DNA from: a virus
Lineage: Duplodnaviria > Caudoviricetes
Virus record (IMG/VR): IMGVR_UViG_3300025362_000477
DNA length: 64,000 nt
Reading direction: 5' to 3' (one strand)
Below, one piece after another: positions 8,662-17,823 of the stretch. The notes under the pieces were generated by a model. It made no database searches. It saw only the letters and a program-made list of their open reading frames with translations, and was not told the DNA's origin. Within the stretch, counting starts at the first letter, position 1; each line of letters opens with the position of its first letter. The position numbers were made by a program, and so were the translations under genes.

Positions 8662-9399
8662 TTAATTATCATCTGGAACATCATGTACGATCGGTGCACA
8701 TGGATTCAAGCTAGTGGATGCACTGACACCCACACATTTATGATTTTTGATCTTTTCTATACCTTCCGCCATAACGTCGCTCATAGTTGATGTATCATCT
8801 ACTGGAACATCAGCATCTGCATCCAATATACCATCAGCCATAGCTTGCTCGATTACAGAAGGTTTCTGTGATTTACAAGTACAGCATCCACAACTACATT
8901 TCTTTTCTTCATAATTATCATCAACAATCTCAGCATCATCATATAACTCAAAAGTAAACTTAGTATTTTCAAGTCGTAGAGGTTTTGATTCAATTAGATT
9001 GTATGCAAAGATAATGTTCAGAATAGTTGGAACATTTGCAAAAGGCAGTATTGCAATGTAAGAAATATCCACGTCACATGGATTTGGCTCAGATTCTTTT
9101 GATTCCGCCATCAATTTTTCAAAATCTCTAATCCGGCGAAGACAATTAACTTTACCTTCAGCCTTACAGAATGAATCTTTAGGACTACAGAAAGAGAATG
9201 CGGCAACCAAATAATTCCCATTTCTAATTCGTTTCGTTACTGCTGTCACATAATAGCCCCGTGGAGCCTTGTAATAAGAGAATCTAAGATCATCCATATC
9301 ATGGTGTGATAGAAGTTCTTTAAGTTCAGTTTTTCTGATCTCAGAAGGTTTTGGCTTTTTCTCATATTGAGTGCCATTAATATTTTTATCATTTTCCAT
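8662..9399 (-). CDS. hypothetical protein (FSFCSPKD.F.K.EG motif)
   Basis: ORF track; start revised to MENDK (RBS AAGGA). Confidence 0.6.
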   Translation of the reverse strand: MENDKNINGTQYEKKPKPSEIRKTELKELLSHHDMDDLRFSYYKAPRGYYVTAVTKRIRNGNYLVAAFSFCSPKDSFCKAEGKVNCLRRIRDFEKLMAESKESEPNPCDVDISYIAILPFANVPTILNIIFAYNLIESKPLRLENTKFTFELYDDAEIVDDNYEEKKCSCGCCTCKSQKPSVIEQAMADGILDADADVPVDDTSTMSDVMAEGIEKIKNHKCVGVSASTSLNPCAPIVHDVPDDN

Positions 9400-9412
9400 T
9401 TGTATTTTCCTT

Positions 9413-9661
9413 TTATAATTGTTCATTTTCTGATGATAAACTTTCTTTCCATTCATCAGCCATGTGATCAGATATCCATTTTAACATGGCTTCTATCACA
9501 CCTGAATTATCAGCTAGGAAATTAGTTAATGCAGTACCACACACATCACCATCATAACCCATGTCTTCACATAGCTGACTTAGATTTGATACTCCAGTTT
9601 CACATTCCCAACAATGGAATCCTTTATCATTCATATATTGTTCTAATATTTCGAGACTCAT
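9413..9661 (-). CDS. conserved phage hypothetical protein
   Basis: ORF track, AGGAG RBS. Confidence 0.6.
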   Translation of the reverse strand: MSLEILEQYMNDKGFHCWECETGVSNLSQLCEDMGYDGDVCGTALTNFLADNSGVIEAMLKWISDHMADEWKESLSSENEQL

Positions 9662-9674
9662 TAATCTCCTTTAA

Positions 9675-9757
9675 TGGAGCTAAGGATGGGATTCGAACCC
9701 ATGACGTAGAATTTCAGTTTTGCAGACTGACCCGTTCAACCACTCCGGCACCTTAGC
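9675..9757 (-). tRNA. trnC: tRNA-Cys(GCA) with enlarged variable region
   Basis: Loop CTGCAAA, U73, CCA; 11-nt variable region. Confidence 0.9.
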
Positions 9758-9819
9758 GTAATGTTTCAATCGGATATCTAAATGTATACATCGAACATAG
9801 ATCAAAATCTATAACAAAA

Positions 9820-10200
9820 TCATCCATCTTTAACCTCCCCACACCAATCATAATGAAATGTAACTTCTATAACTGCATTAGTATCTTTACATTCATCTAA
9901 CGGATATTTTAACTTACAAGGCCATAAATTTTTGAATACGTATGTTTTCCCATCAACTTTATGTTTAACATAAGAATCTTCGCGTGGTTTATTACCATCT
10001 CTTATAGCATCCATCCATTTAATCAAAAGATCATATATTGGTTTATTCTCTTCCATAACAGTATGAATACTGGTATCCATAGTTGGATTATGAGTAGGCA
10101 TACCATGCAATCTACTATTATCAAATAATGGATCCATTAAACAATCAGGTAGATCAAATTTAATCTCCCATTGTTTGTTCTTAAATTCATAGTTAGACAT
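9820..10200 (-). CDS. hypothetical protein
   Basis: ORF track. Confidence 0.55.
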   Translation of the reverse strand: MSNYEFKNKQWEIKFDLPDCLMDPLFDNSRLHGMPTHNPTMDTSIHTVMEENKPIYDLLIKWMDAIRDGNKPREDSYVKHKVDGKTYVFKNLWPCKLKYPLDECKDTNAVIEVTFHYDWCGEVKDG

Positions 10201-10201
10201 A

Positions 10202-10528
10202 TCAAGCCCTCATATCTACGATGACATGAGAATTAAAACAACTACTGCAATGAAATATTTTTATAACAGCTATATTATCACTATTCAAATCACCACCAGA
10301 GAAGTCATATTGTCTAGTTTCATCCATCAAAGTAAAATCCTCAACATTACATGATTCACCCTCATGTAAAATACCAGTCACCACAAAAACCTTGCGATTA
10401 AATCTATTAAGGATATCCAAAGTATATGGATAATCACCACATTCATTATGAGGTTCTCCTCTGGATACTCTTATAGCAAAGATATTAGAAGCATCCAATT
10501 TACCCAATCTCTTCGGATAATCAATCAT
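10202..10528 (-). CDS. hypothetical protein
   Basis: ORF track, AGGAG RBS. Confidence 0.55.
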   Translation of the reverse strand: MIDYPKRLGKLDASNIFAIRVSRGEPHNECGDYPYTLDILNRFNRKVFVVTGILHEGESCNVEDFTLMDETRQYDFSGGDLNSDNIAVIKIFHCSSCFNSHVIVDMRA

Positions 10529-10588
10529 CGTTCTCCTTTTTTATGGCTGGAGTTTGAAAAACCCCAACTATCTCTAATTTCCTTAAAA

Positions 10589-10664
10589 TGGTGGAGCTGG
10601 AGGGGATCAAACCCTCGACCTGATGCTTGCAAAGCACCTGCTCTCTCAGCTGAGCTACAACCCC
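10589..10664 (-). tRNA. trnA: tRNA-Ala(TGC)
   Basis: G3-U70 pair, loop TTTGCAA, CCA. Confidence 0.95.
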
Positions 10665-10696
10665 ATTTTTATTTTAATCTTTTGTTCTAATTAAAT

Positions 10697-10772
10697 TGGT
10701 AGGTGAAGAGGGAGTCGAACCCCCAACATTTACATTCGTAGTGTAACGCTCTATCCATTGAGCTACTCACCC
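10697..10772 (-). tRNA. trnR: tRNA-Arg(ACG)
   Basis: Loop CTACGAA, A20, CCA. Confidence 0.95.
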
Positions 10773-10904
10773 TTGATTTTCTAAAGCTTCAGCATATATT
10801 GCTAAATCTTCTGCTATATCAGAAACTACATTTGATGCATCTGGAGGATCCATATCTCTAATCTCATAATTAATCATTCTCATGACTCTATCTTTTAAAT
10901 CCAT
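10767..10904 (-). CDS. 45-aa acidic protein; stop codon lies inside tRNA-Arg 5' end
   Basis: Hand-translated, AAAGGA RBS, MDLKDRV...ENQG*. Confidence 0.55.
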   Translation of the reverse strand: MDLKDRVMRMINYEIRDMDPPDASNVVSDIAEDLAIYAEALENQG

Positions 10905-10918
10905 AATCAATCCTTTAT

Positions 10919-10968
10919 TGGCGGAGTCAAACCCCAACCGATAATTTTGGAGACTACTGATCTAACAA
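10919..10968 (-). pseudogene. decayed tRNA-Trp(CCA) remnant
   Basis: Anticodon arm GTAGT-CTCCAAA-ATTAT, T-loop-like GGTTTGACT and GCCA end; acceptor stem and D arm lost. Confidence 0.55.
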
Positions 10969-11130
10969 TTTCGTTAATTTTCCATTAATGGATCGTCTAA
11001 CGGATCTTTGTACAGCAGATTATCGTAGTGATTTCTTGCCACTAATACCTGTTCGTTTTCGACCATTAGATGAAAAACACATAGATCTAATCTTTTTATA
11101 TTCATTCATATAATCAACCTCCAAAAACCT

Positions 11131-11218
11131 TGGAAGAGAGGGTGGGATTCGAACCCACGGGAACTTTCGAACCACATCGATAGCAATGATGCGCTTTAAG
11201 CCACTCAGCCACCTCTCC
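11131..11218 (-). tRNA. trnS: tRNA-Ser(GCT)
   Basis: Class II cloverleaf, loop TTGCTAT, CCA. Confidence 0.9.
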
Positions 11219-11224
11219 ATAAAA

Positions 11225-11353
11225 TTATTCTTCTATATCACATCCACAACTACCAGCACAGTCAGGACATGTCTCTAAACCACAACAAGGACAAACATAT
11301 ACCCAATTATCAGTGATATTCATATAATGACATTTTGGACATTCACGTTCCAT
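11225..11353 (-). CDS. 42-aa Cys-rich protein (9 Cys)
   Basis: Hand-translated MERECPKCHYMNITDNWVYVCPCCGLETCPDCAGSCGCDIEE*. Confidence 0.6.
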   Translation of the reverse strand: MERECPKCHYMNITDNWVYVCPCCGLETCPDCAGSCGCDIEE

Positions 11354-11391
11354 ATTTTTATTTATTCCTTTTTCTTAAAATAAGATCTTAG

Positions 11392-11670
11392 TTATGATTT
11401 AAAAAATTCATGAATCTTTGATCTGATCACATCTTCTTTTTTACTCTTACTCATTTTTTTAATGTCACATTCATACTTAGAAGCAACACTCCTATTAACA
11501 ACCTTCAGACTCCACTCAAGAGTAACAGGTAATCCATGAGCTCGAACTGATTTAGAACCTTTACCAGAATTATGTTTTTTAACTCTAGCATCTAAGTCGG
11601 TAGTGATACCGGTATATAGGGCATTGTTTTGACATCTAACCATATATACAAACCATGATTTATCACCCAT
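11392..11670 (-). CDS. GIY-YIG nuclease (YhbQ/UPF0213-like)
   Basis: WFVYMVRC...LYTGITTDLDARVKKHNSGKG. Confidence 0.85.
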   Translation of the reverse strand: MGDKSWFVYMVRCQNNALYTGITTDLDARVKKHNSGKGSKSVRAHGLPVTLEWSLKVVNRSVASKYECDIKKMSKSKKEDVIRSKIHEFFKS

Positions 11671-11723
11671 TCATCTTCTCCACTGCTATATACTTAGTAT
11701 CACCACTACCATGCTCTTTAACT

Positions 11724-12398
11724 TTAATCATTACTGTTTTCATCAGACTCTTCCCATTCGTTGTGTTCTGATTCAGTTTCAGGTTCTGAAATATTGAATT
11801 GTAATATAGCTTCTTCTTTCGATGATGCTATACCACTATTAAATTCCTCTCCTTGGACATATGATCTATGATCATCTACTATAACCAATCCATCACTGAT
11901 TGAATGATCTACTTTGAAACTATCAAGATCACTATAATGTTCTAAAATATCCTCTATCCATTCTCTCTTATCTTCGAAAGTACCGATCAAGTAAGTTGCT
12001 ACGAATATATCATCCATCCAGCCATCCAACTCTACCTTTCGACGATGTATTGCATTCATATCAAATCGATCCATCACTCTGACTTTGGAATACCAACACG
12101 CATCTATTTCAAATACATAGCATTCATAGTGTTGATTCCCAGATACTGATTGAGGTTCTTGTTGACATAAAATTGCTGTTGCAGATGCAATCAACCAACC
12201 TTTAGTGAAATCAGATGCTTTCTCACCATCACCAACTATAATCTCATGGGTTAGGAAATTAGCGACCTCTGTAACATTATTGAAATTTTTAGATATTATT
12301 AAATTCTCCAGATACCTACAATACTGTTTTCCATCATAAGTTATGGTAGCATCATCATCAGTATCCATACTAAGCGATAATCGTAATTTTTTACTCAT
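11724..12398 (-). CDS. hypothetical protein
   Basis: ORF track. Confidence 0.55.
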   Translation of the reverse strand: MSKKLRLSLSMDTDDDATITYDGKQYCRYLENLIISKNFNNVTEVANFLTHEIIVGDGEKASDFTKGWLIASATAILCQQEPQSVSGNQHYECYVFEIDACWYSKVRVMDRFDMNAIHRRKVELDGWMDDIFVATYLIGTFEDKREWIEDILEHYSDLDSFKVDHSISDGLVIVDDHRSYVQGEEFNSGIASSKEEAILQFNISEPETESEHNEWEESDENSND

Positions 12399-12795
12399 TC
12401 AATAATAATCCCTCCACTATCTGAACCCAGTTATCATCAAGTTTATGAGCATCCCAATCTTCGCATTCATCAAGACTTCTAAGGAAGTTCCGAACTTGCA
12501 TACCTTCTTCCAAATGTACACAATGAGGAATCCCATCATCCATATATACAGCATCTAAACGACCATGTTCTTTTTTCATATGCTTAAAGAAATCTCTTCC
12601 AGAATCACCCAAGAATTTCTTTAAGGAATCTTTGGCTTTGTCTGATATAAGACTTGATTTCATTATCAACTGTTTCATAAACCCTTTACCATATTGACCA
12701 TCAGAATAACCTTTCATTCTAATATCAATCCAGTTTTGGATTCCATCTTCTAAAAATTTTACACGATTTTTCAATTCTTGTAATTCTGACATCAT
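12391..12795 (-). CDS. hypothetical protein (HL.EGMQVRNFLR motif)
   Basis: ORF track. Confidence 0.55.
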   Translation of the reverse strand: MMSELQELKNRVKFLEDGIQNWIDIRMKGYSDGQYGKGFMKQLIMKSSLISDKAKDSLKKFLGDSGRDFFKHMKKEHGRLDAVYMDDGIPHCVHLEEGMQVRNFLRSLDECEDWDAHKLDDNWVQIVEGLLLNE

Positions 12796-12964
12796 CTACA
12801 CTCCAATTCATACAATAGTTCATCTGCTGATATAAATTTATCAATCTTAGCTTTATCACAAAATTCTCTATATATGTTACATAACCATCGATCATGTTTA
12901 TAAGATACATGACTAACATGTGCCTGTATAAATCTCTTCAACCAATGAATCTTATATAGTCTAT

Positions 12965-13207
12965 TCATAAAGTCTTACGATACGGGAATTTTACCACATC
13001 ATCATTTGGGAATGTAACTGACACTGATGTAATATTAAATGTTTTGATAAATCCCAATTTTTCCAATGATCTCATACAATCAAGATATGCTTGGCATGAT
13101 TGGTGATGTGACCATTGATTACCATTAGCTTTAAGTCGTTCAATATGCCATAGTTGCATTATAGTTTTGCAATGAGCTACTAATCTATTTCTATCATTAT
13201 TATTCAT
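12965..13207 (-). CDS. hypothetical protein
   Basis: ORF track, AAAGGAGG RBS. Confidence 0.6.
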   Translation of the reverse strand: MNNNDRNRLVAHCKTIMQLWHIERLKANGNQWSHHQSCQAYLDCMRSLEKLGFIKTFNITSVSVTFPNDDVVKFPYRKTL

Positions 13208-13224
13208 TATAACCTCCTTTAAAA

Positions 13225-13509
13225 ATGACCAGTTTAACCTCTAACTGAAAAGGGCCTCTTATCGTGTTTAAGCTTAACGTCTAGAATTCCACCTGGCAAA
13301 TTTTCTTCTTGATCTAGTCAATATCAATTACTATACATTTTGTGGCTAGCCGTGTCATAGCCCTTTGGACTCAAAACATATAATCTTCATATATCATTTA
13401 CCCACGAGTCACCAAGTGGGCTCAACTTAACTTAATAAGTCATTTGGTTCGTATTAAGATATGAATTAACCCTATCATACGCTATAGGTTCATCCAGGTT
13501 ACATATTGT
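13225..13509 (-). ncRNA. candidate structured noncoding RNA
   Basis: ORF-free; several hairpins, long-range helix 13494-13499/13291-13296, possible pseudoknot 13406-13410/13368-13372. Confidence 0.45.
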
Positions 13510-13568
13510 TGGTGGGAGCGGGTTAGAATTACCATCCTATCCAAGTTATCCTTTGCATTGGAACCCCC
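13510..13568 (-). ncRNA. 59-nt tRNA/tmRNA-end-like element ending ...CGCTCCC-A-CCA
   Basis: 5' GGGGGT pairs with GCTCCC; internal TCCAA/TTGGA arm; 3' end resembles the tmRNA 3' end in this window. Confidence 0.45.
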
Positions 13569-13574
13569 GTAAAA

Positions 13575-13650
13575 TGGAGCAAGAGACGTGACTTGAACAC
13601 GCAACAATCTGATTGGAAATCAAATGCTCTTCCAATTGAGTTACACTTGC
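13575..13650 (-). tRNA. trnG: tRNA-Gly(TCC)
   Basis: Loop TTTCCAA, U73, CCA. Confidence 0.9.
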
Positions 13651-13956
13651 TATTATATAATCACATTCTCGGATAACATAAAGCTTTCACATCAGAATAC
13701 TCTGAAGTACTTACCTAAAACGAGACTTATATGGTTATCTTTATTTATTCTTTTCTATTATGAAAAGGATCTAACCAAATTTCTCTCATTATGATAATAT
13801 CTTCTAACTGGTCTAGCCATTACATAATGCTGAGCTATATGAATAAAATCAGTAAAAGACCTTTGTTCATCTGGATGCAATACTTATAATAAACTAAATT
13901 TATTATAAGCATCAGCTAAACAATCCATTACTTCTTGCTCTTTATCATTAAGTAGA

Positions 13957-14427
13957 TTAATCATTTTTATCTCCCAACTTTTCCTCCCAGTTACCACATT
14001 TATAACGGATAGTTACCTCTGATCGTTCACCAGCATCACGATAAGGACATTCATAAGTCTTACCTTCATCTGTTTCATCGAAAATTAAGAATTTACAATT
14101 TTCACAAGTATCAACTTCACCACGATCAAACAATATCCCCATAATGATATCATCATAAAAATCAATCCAATATCTTTCTTCACGAATAGCTCGAAGCTGA
14201 TCCGAATCACAATCAATCAATTTTATCTGCGTCAATGGATGTTTATTTCCATTTAGGCCACAAGTACCCCATGTTGCAACTTTCTTCTTCACATCAAATG
14301 ATACATCTGATTGTTCACAAAATGTTTCAAACAATTTTATACTACAACCAAACAATACATGTAATTCATCAGCATTCTTAGATACCAATTCTTCTTCACT
14401 CATATTAACCCATACTGGTACTTTCAT
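13957..14427 (-). CDS. hypothetical protein (WGT.G..G...L..I.L.D motif)
   Basis: ORF track. Confidence 0.55.
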   Translation of the reverse strand: MKVPVWVNMSEEELVSKNADELHVLFGCSIKLFETFCEQSDVSFDVKKKVATWGTCGLNGNKHPLTQIKLIDCDSDQLRAIREERYWIDFYDDIIMGILFDRGEVDTCENCKFLIFDETDEGKTYECPYRDAGERSEVTIRYKCGNWEEKLGDKND

Positions 14428-14963
14428 AGTAAACCCCTTATGTACTTTGGTTGAACTTCATCTGTTAACCATACACCATTATCTGACTGATAGAATTGTT
14501 TTCCATCTAAATACATTGTCATAGAATCAATCTCCAATACCGCACATTTACCATGTCTAGATCCAACAATTCTTGCTGTGGATATAAGATATGATAAATG
14601 AACATGATTCCTCTTCTGCTTCTGGATCCCTTTATGATAGATAGAAGTTAAGAATCTTGTTGCTGTCCCATGATATAAAAGAGCAGGAGGCATGAGTGGC
14701 ATCAATTTTAAATCAACATCAATTGAATGGCCTTGATTAGCTCTGATTTTAGTCTTAGAGACATTAAAGGCAAATCGTTGTTTATTGTTATTTAATACAA
14801 CTCTTTCTATCTGTTCAAACGTCAAATCAGTGTTCTTGATTAATTTCTGAACACTACCCCATCCTTCCTTATCTAAATCGATGCTAGCTTTAGATGGATC
14901 ATGTCTCAAAACTAAACTTAAGAATTTTGAAGCTTTTATATCGTCCATGTTATTCCCTTTCAA
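14424..14963 (-). CDS. kptA: RNA 2'-phosphotransferase Tpt1/KptA
   Basis: SKFLSLVLRH, RANQGHS, LYHGT, HVHLS, NGVWLT signature motifs. Confidence 0.95.
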   Translation of the reverse strand: MKGNNMDDIKASKFLSLVLRHDPSKASIDLDKEGWGSVQKLIKNTDLTFEQIERVVLNNNKQRFAFNVSKTKIRANQGHSIDVDLKLMPLMPPALLYHGTATRFLTSIYHKGIQKQKRNHVHLSYLISTARIVGSRHGKCAVLEIDSMTMYLDGKQFYQSDNGVWLTDEVQPKYIRGLL

Positions 14964-15068
14964 TTCTTGCTAAAAATTGATTATACTTAGATATAACCCA
15001 TTTCTGAGATTTCTCACTCAGTTCAGATTTACCTTGCATAATTAAACCAACTTCTGTTTTAATATCAC

Positions 15069-15302
15069 TCATCGTAAAATAACCTCGTGTAATATTTTAT
15101 GGTGAGTTTTACAAATTGTGATAAACACCATAGAAGTATTTGATACATAATCTATAGAAACATCTTTAACTCGACCTTTAACATTCGCACCTTCAAATGT
15201 CTTATAGAGTATCATAGAACCTTTGGGAGGAATGATTAAAGATTTACCTTTTTTTTCTCCAGTGTGATCAAGTGTACCTTCTATTGCAAATTCCAAAATC
15301 AT
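15069..15302 (-). CDS. hypothetical protein
   Basis: ORF track. Confidence 0.5.
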   Translation of the reverse strand: MILEFAIEGTLDHTGEKKGKSLIIPPKGSMILYKTFEGANVKGRVKDVSIDYVSNTSMVFITICKTHHKILHEVILR

Positions 15303-15311
15303 TTTAGATCC

Positions 15312-15629
15312 TTATTCTAGCCCATGTATTAAAATATCTACAGCCTCTAATTTTTCATTTAATAGATGAATCATTTCTTTGAGTTTCTGATTCTCTAGTT
15401 TTAAATGATCTATTTCACTAAGACTCATATTTGAATCAAAATTATATATCGCATCTACACATTCCGCATGCCCATCAGCAAGTTCTATCCCATCTTCACT
15501 CAATATTATACCATTACCCCATTCAATAGTAATCGGGATATCACGTCGAGACCCATAAATACCAATAGCTGTAGTTAATATCTTCATAGCATCTGATATA
15601 TTAATATGTTCAACTTTATTCTTGTTCAT
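15312..15629 (-). CDS. hypothetical protein
   Basis: ORF track, AGGAG RBS. Confidence 0.55.
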   Translation of the reverse strand: MNKNKVEHINISDAMKILTTAIGIYGSRRDIPITIEWGNGIILSEDGIELADGHAECVDAIYNFDSNMSLSEIDHLKLENQKLKEMIHLLNEKLEAVDILIHGLE

Positions 15630-15736
15630 ATAAAACTCCTTTTGTTTACGTTAAAGTCTTTAAAGAATGGTTGTTGATTATAATTACCAACAACTCTCTT
15701 TAAAAATTTTAAATTCATCCTTTTATACCATCAACG

Positions 15737-15886
15737 TTAGGTATATTTCTTTTTTTCTTCATCTCGGTAATACTTCGCTTCTGATCGGCTAAGACCAGTA
15801 ATAAATGGATCGCCATCACGAAAAACTGCCCATGAATAACAATCATCACCTTGATATTTCTTGGCTATAATTTTTGGTTTAGCCAT
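15737..15886 (-). CDS. 49-aa hypothetical protein
   Basis: Hand-translated MAKPKIIAKKYQGDDCYSWAVFRDG..., AGGAG RBS. Confidence 0.55.
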   Translation of the reverse strand: MAKPKIIAKKYQGDDCYSWAVFRDGDPFITGLSRSEAKYYRDEEKKKYT

Positions 15887-15908
15887 AATCAATAAACTCC
15901 TTTTAAAA

Positions 15909-15999
15909 TGGCGGAAGTAGAGAGGGTCAAACTCCCAAGGCCTTTCAGCTCAACTATTTTCAAGACAGTCCCCGTCGTCAGCTATCGGGTTGTACTTCC
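15909..15999 (-). tRNA. trnS: tRNA-Ser(TGA)
   Basis: Class II cloverleaf, loop CTTGAAA, G73, CCA. Confidence 0.9.
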
Positions 16000-16094
16000 G
16001 TATAATTTAATATAATCTATGAAACTTGATGATCGTCTAAGAATACATGAAAATGTACTCAAAAATCTGTTCAGTTAATGTTTTATAACCCATT

Positions 16095-16307
16095 TCATAG
16101 TCCTTTTAATTCTCCAAGGACATTTAAATGACTTAATAGAACACCGCCAGATATTCCTTCTATTAAAACCACCGGTTCACCATGCCCTAATTCCCAAGAC
16201 TCAGATCTAGTTTTGGTGAATATTGGTAAATCCTTAGATGATAAAATTGGATGATATGAAACTCTGGTTCCTTTTGGATATTTCTCATTCCATTCTTTTG
16301 ATGTCAT
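16095..16307 (-). CDS. conserved phage hypothetical protein (WN.KYP.GT.V.Y)
   Basis: ORF track, GAGG RBS. Confidence 0.6.
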   Translation of the reverse strand: MTSKEWNEKYPKGTRVSYHPILSSKDLPIFTKTRSESWELGHGEPVVLIEGISGGVLLSHLNVLGELKGL

Positions 16308-16323
16308 TTGACTCCTCTAATAA

Positions 16324-16689
16324 TGGTGGAAGCGGGGAGAATTGAACTCCCGTCCCAATCAGTATTCATCATACCTTCGTTCACGTGTGTAGTCTCTATT
16401 TTCTTTTGCTGAAACATAGCCGCACTGAGAATCTCTTCAAGAGGGTTGTTATACCACACTCAGTTCCCTCGTTATTGTCTTTTACCCAGACAACCAGGGG
16501 ATCTACCTTAGTAATCGACACTAATAACATCTACCAAGATTATCTCGATGCGTTCATGGGCTTCAATTAAGCTGCCATTGCGAATTCAGTGTTACCACTT
16601 ATTCTTAGAAGGCTTTTTACGAGGCCAACCTTACCATACCTCGACACGCAGAAATGATTCCAATTGAAAGGTCGAATCCAGACGCTCCC
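16324..16689 (-). ncRNA. ssrA: tmRNA; tag peptide (A)GNTEFAMAA* at 16567-16596
   Basis: 5' GGGAGCGTCTGGATTCGAC, 3' GGAGTTCAATTCTCCCCGCTTCCACCA, G3-U pair, tag frame ending in Ala-Ala-stop. Confidence 0.95.
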
Positions 16690-16712
16690 ATTATCATTAC
16701 TTTTATATTGTT

Positions 16713-17018
16713 CTAATAACTTTTCATTTCTTGCCCCATACTCTTAAATGCATTCTCTGTGATATCATAATCAATAAGACTAGAAAATGCTAAAGATAAT
16801 AACCAATCTCGTTTTTTAGTTATAATCTCTTCAGCTAAAGAAGCCATTGGAGTTAAATCATTAATTTTAGATTGTAATTCATATACCTCTTTCGGTGTCC
16901 AATCTACATCACATCCACATTCAATACTTGCATGAGCTCCACATTGGCAACCCATCCCTTCAGTATAATTTTCCAAATCATCAGGAATAATATATTTTTT
17001 ATTTTCCATAGTTTCCAA
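16713..17018 (-). CDS. hypothetical protein (CQCGAH...ECGC)
   Basis: ORF track. Confidence 0.55.
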   Translation of the reverse strand: METMENKKYIIPDDLENYTEGMGCQCGAHASIECGCDVDWTPKEVYELQSKINDLTPMASLAEEIITKKRDWLLSLAFSSLIDYDITENAFKSMGQEMKSY

Positions 17019-17493
17019 TCAATTGTTTCTCAGATTCGATTGCCCAATCTGTGATATCCTTCTGAAATGAAGTAGTCGCACTATCAACATGTTCCTCTAT
17101 GAGATCAGCAGCATCTTCTGGGCAGTAACTTGGAACTCTCACCTTTATGGCTGTCCGACCAGGTGATAGTGTTCTATTGAATCCCGATTGAACTTTCATA
17201 TTAGCCAGTTCATGGACTATTGATTTAACTGTTGATCCATTCACAGGTATGATATTCTCTACCTCAGATTCAACTATTCGATCTTCAATGTTGCAACCAC
17301 TATCACTACAATCTTCTGGGATCATTGATTGGATTATGTTTGTTAATTTCAATATGTTAGAAAGGACTTCATTTGGTGTCCCATCAACAATACCACCATC
17401 AGGTGTTTCAATGATAATATGATTCTTATCTTTATCATATCTAACTTTAATCTTTCTATTATTACATATACGCAATACTCTATAATTAGCCAT
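16999..17493 (-). CDS. hypothetical protein
   Basis: ORF track. Confidence 0.55.
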   Translation of the reverse strand: MANYRVLRICNNRKIKVRYDKDKNHIIIETPDGGIVDGTPNEVLSNILKLTNIIQSMIPEDCSDSGCNIEDRIVESEVENIIPVNGSTVKSIVHELANMKVQSGFNRTLSPGRTAIKVRVPSYCPEDAADLIEEHVDSATTSFQKDITDWAIESEKQLIGNYGK

Positions 17494-17823
17494 TTGCTTT
17501 TCCTTTGTTTAAATTATCACACATTCTATGAGCCTCTGAATATGATCCGGCATCTTCAAAATTCCAGAACACTAGAAGAAACCTCTTCTGTATAATCCAT
17601 ATGTCGTTTATACGGTCACAAACTTTAACTCTATATTTATCCATATATTTTCCTTAACCAGCATCAAAGGTTTTCAGTAATATTAAATCCGGGTGAACTT
17701 TATAATCAGTTGCAAATCCTAAATACTCTTCAACTTCATCAGTAGTTAGATCACCTGCTTCAAATATTTGACATCCGGAAAGATTCGAAAATGTAGTACC
17801 ATCATTCAATACCATTATCTTAC

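Noticed and set aside
9529-11220. ORF-track entries 9529-9756, 10448-10690 and 11020-11220
   Set aside because: They are translations of tRNA genes or antisense shadows
11392-11670. GIY-YIG ORF as a mobile homing endonuclease
   Set aside because: 92-aa stand-alone YhbQ-like domain without a DNA-binding module
8168-13480. Shared 12-mer AACCCTATCATA at 8168 and 13468
   Set aside because: Many 12-mer matches are expected by chance in 64 kb of AT-rich DNA, and there is no shared context
13225-13568. Permuted two-piece tmRNA or RNase P RNA
   Set aside because: No downstream GGGAGCG-like 5' strand or tag frame; the RNase P GAGGAAAGUCC and P4 consensus is absent
15909-15999. Selenocysteine tRNA (long D stem, long variable arm)
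   Set aside because: Anticodon is TGA (Ser), not TCA, and the acceptor stem is 7 bp
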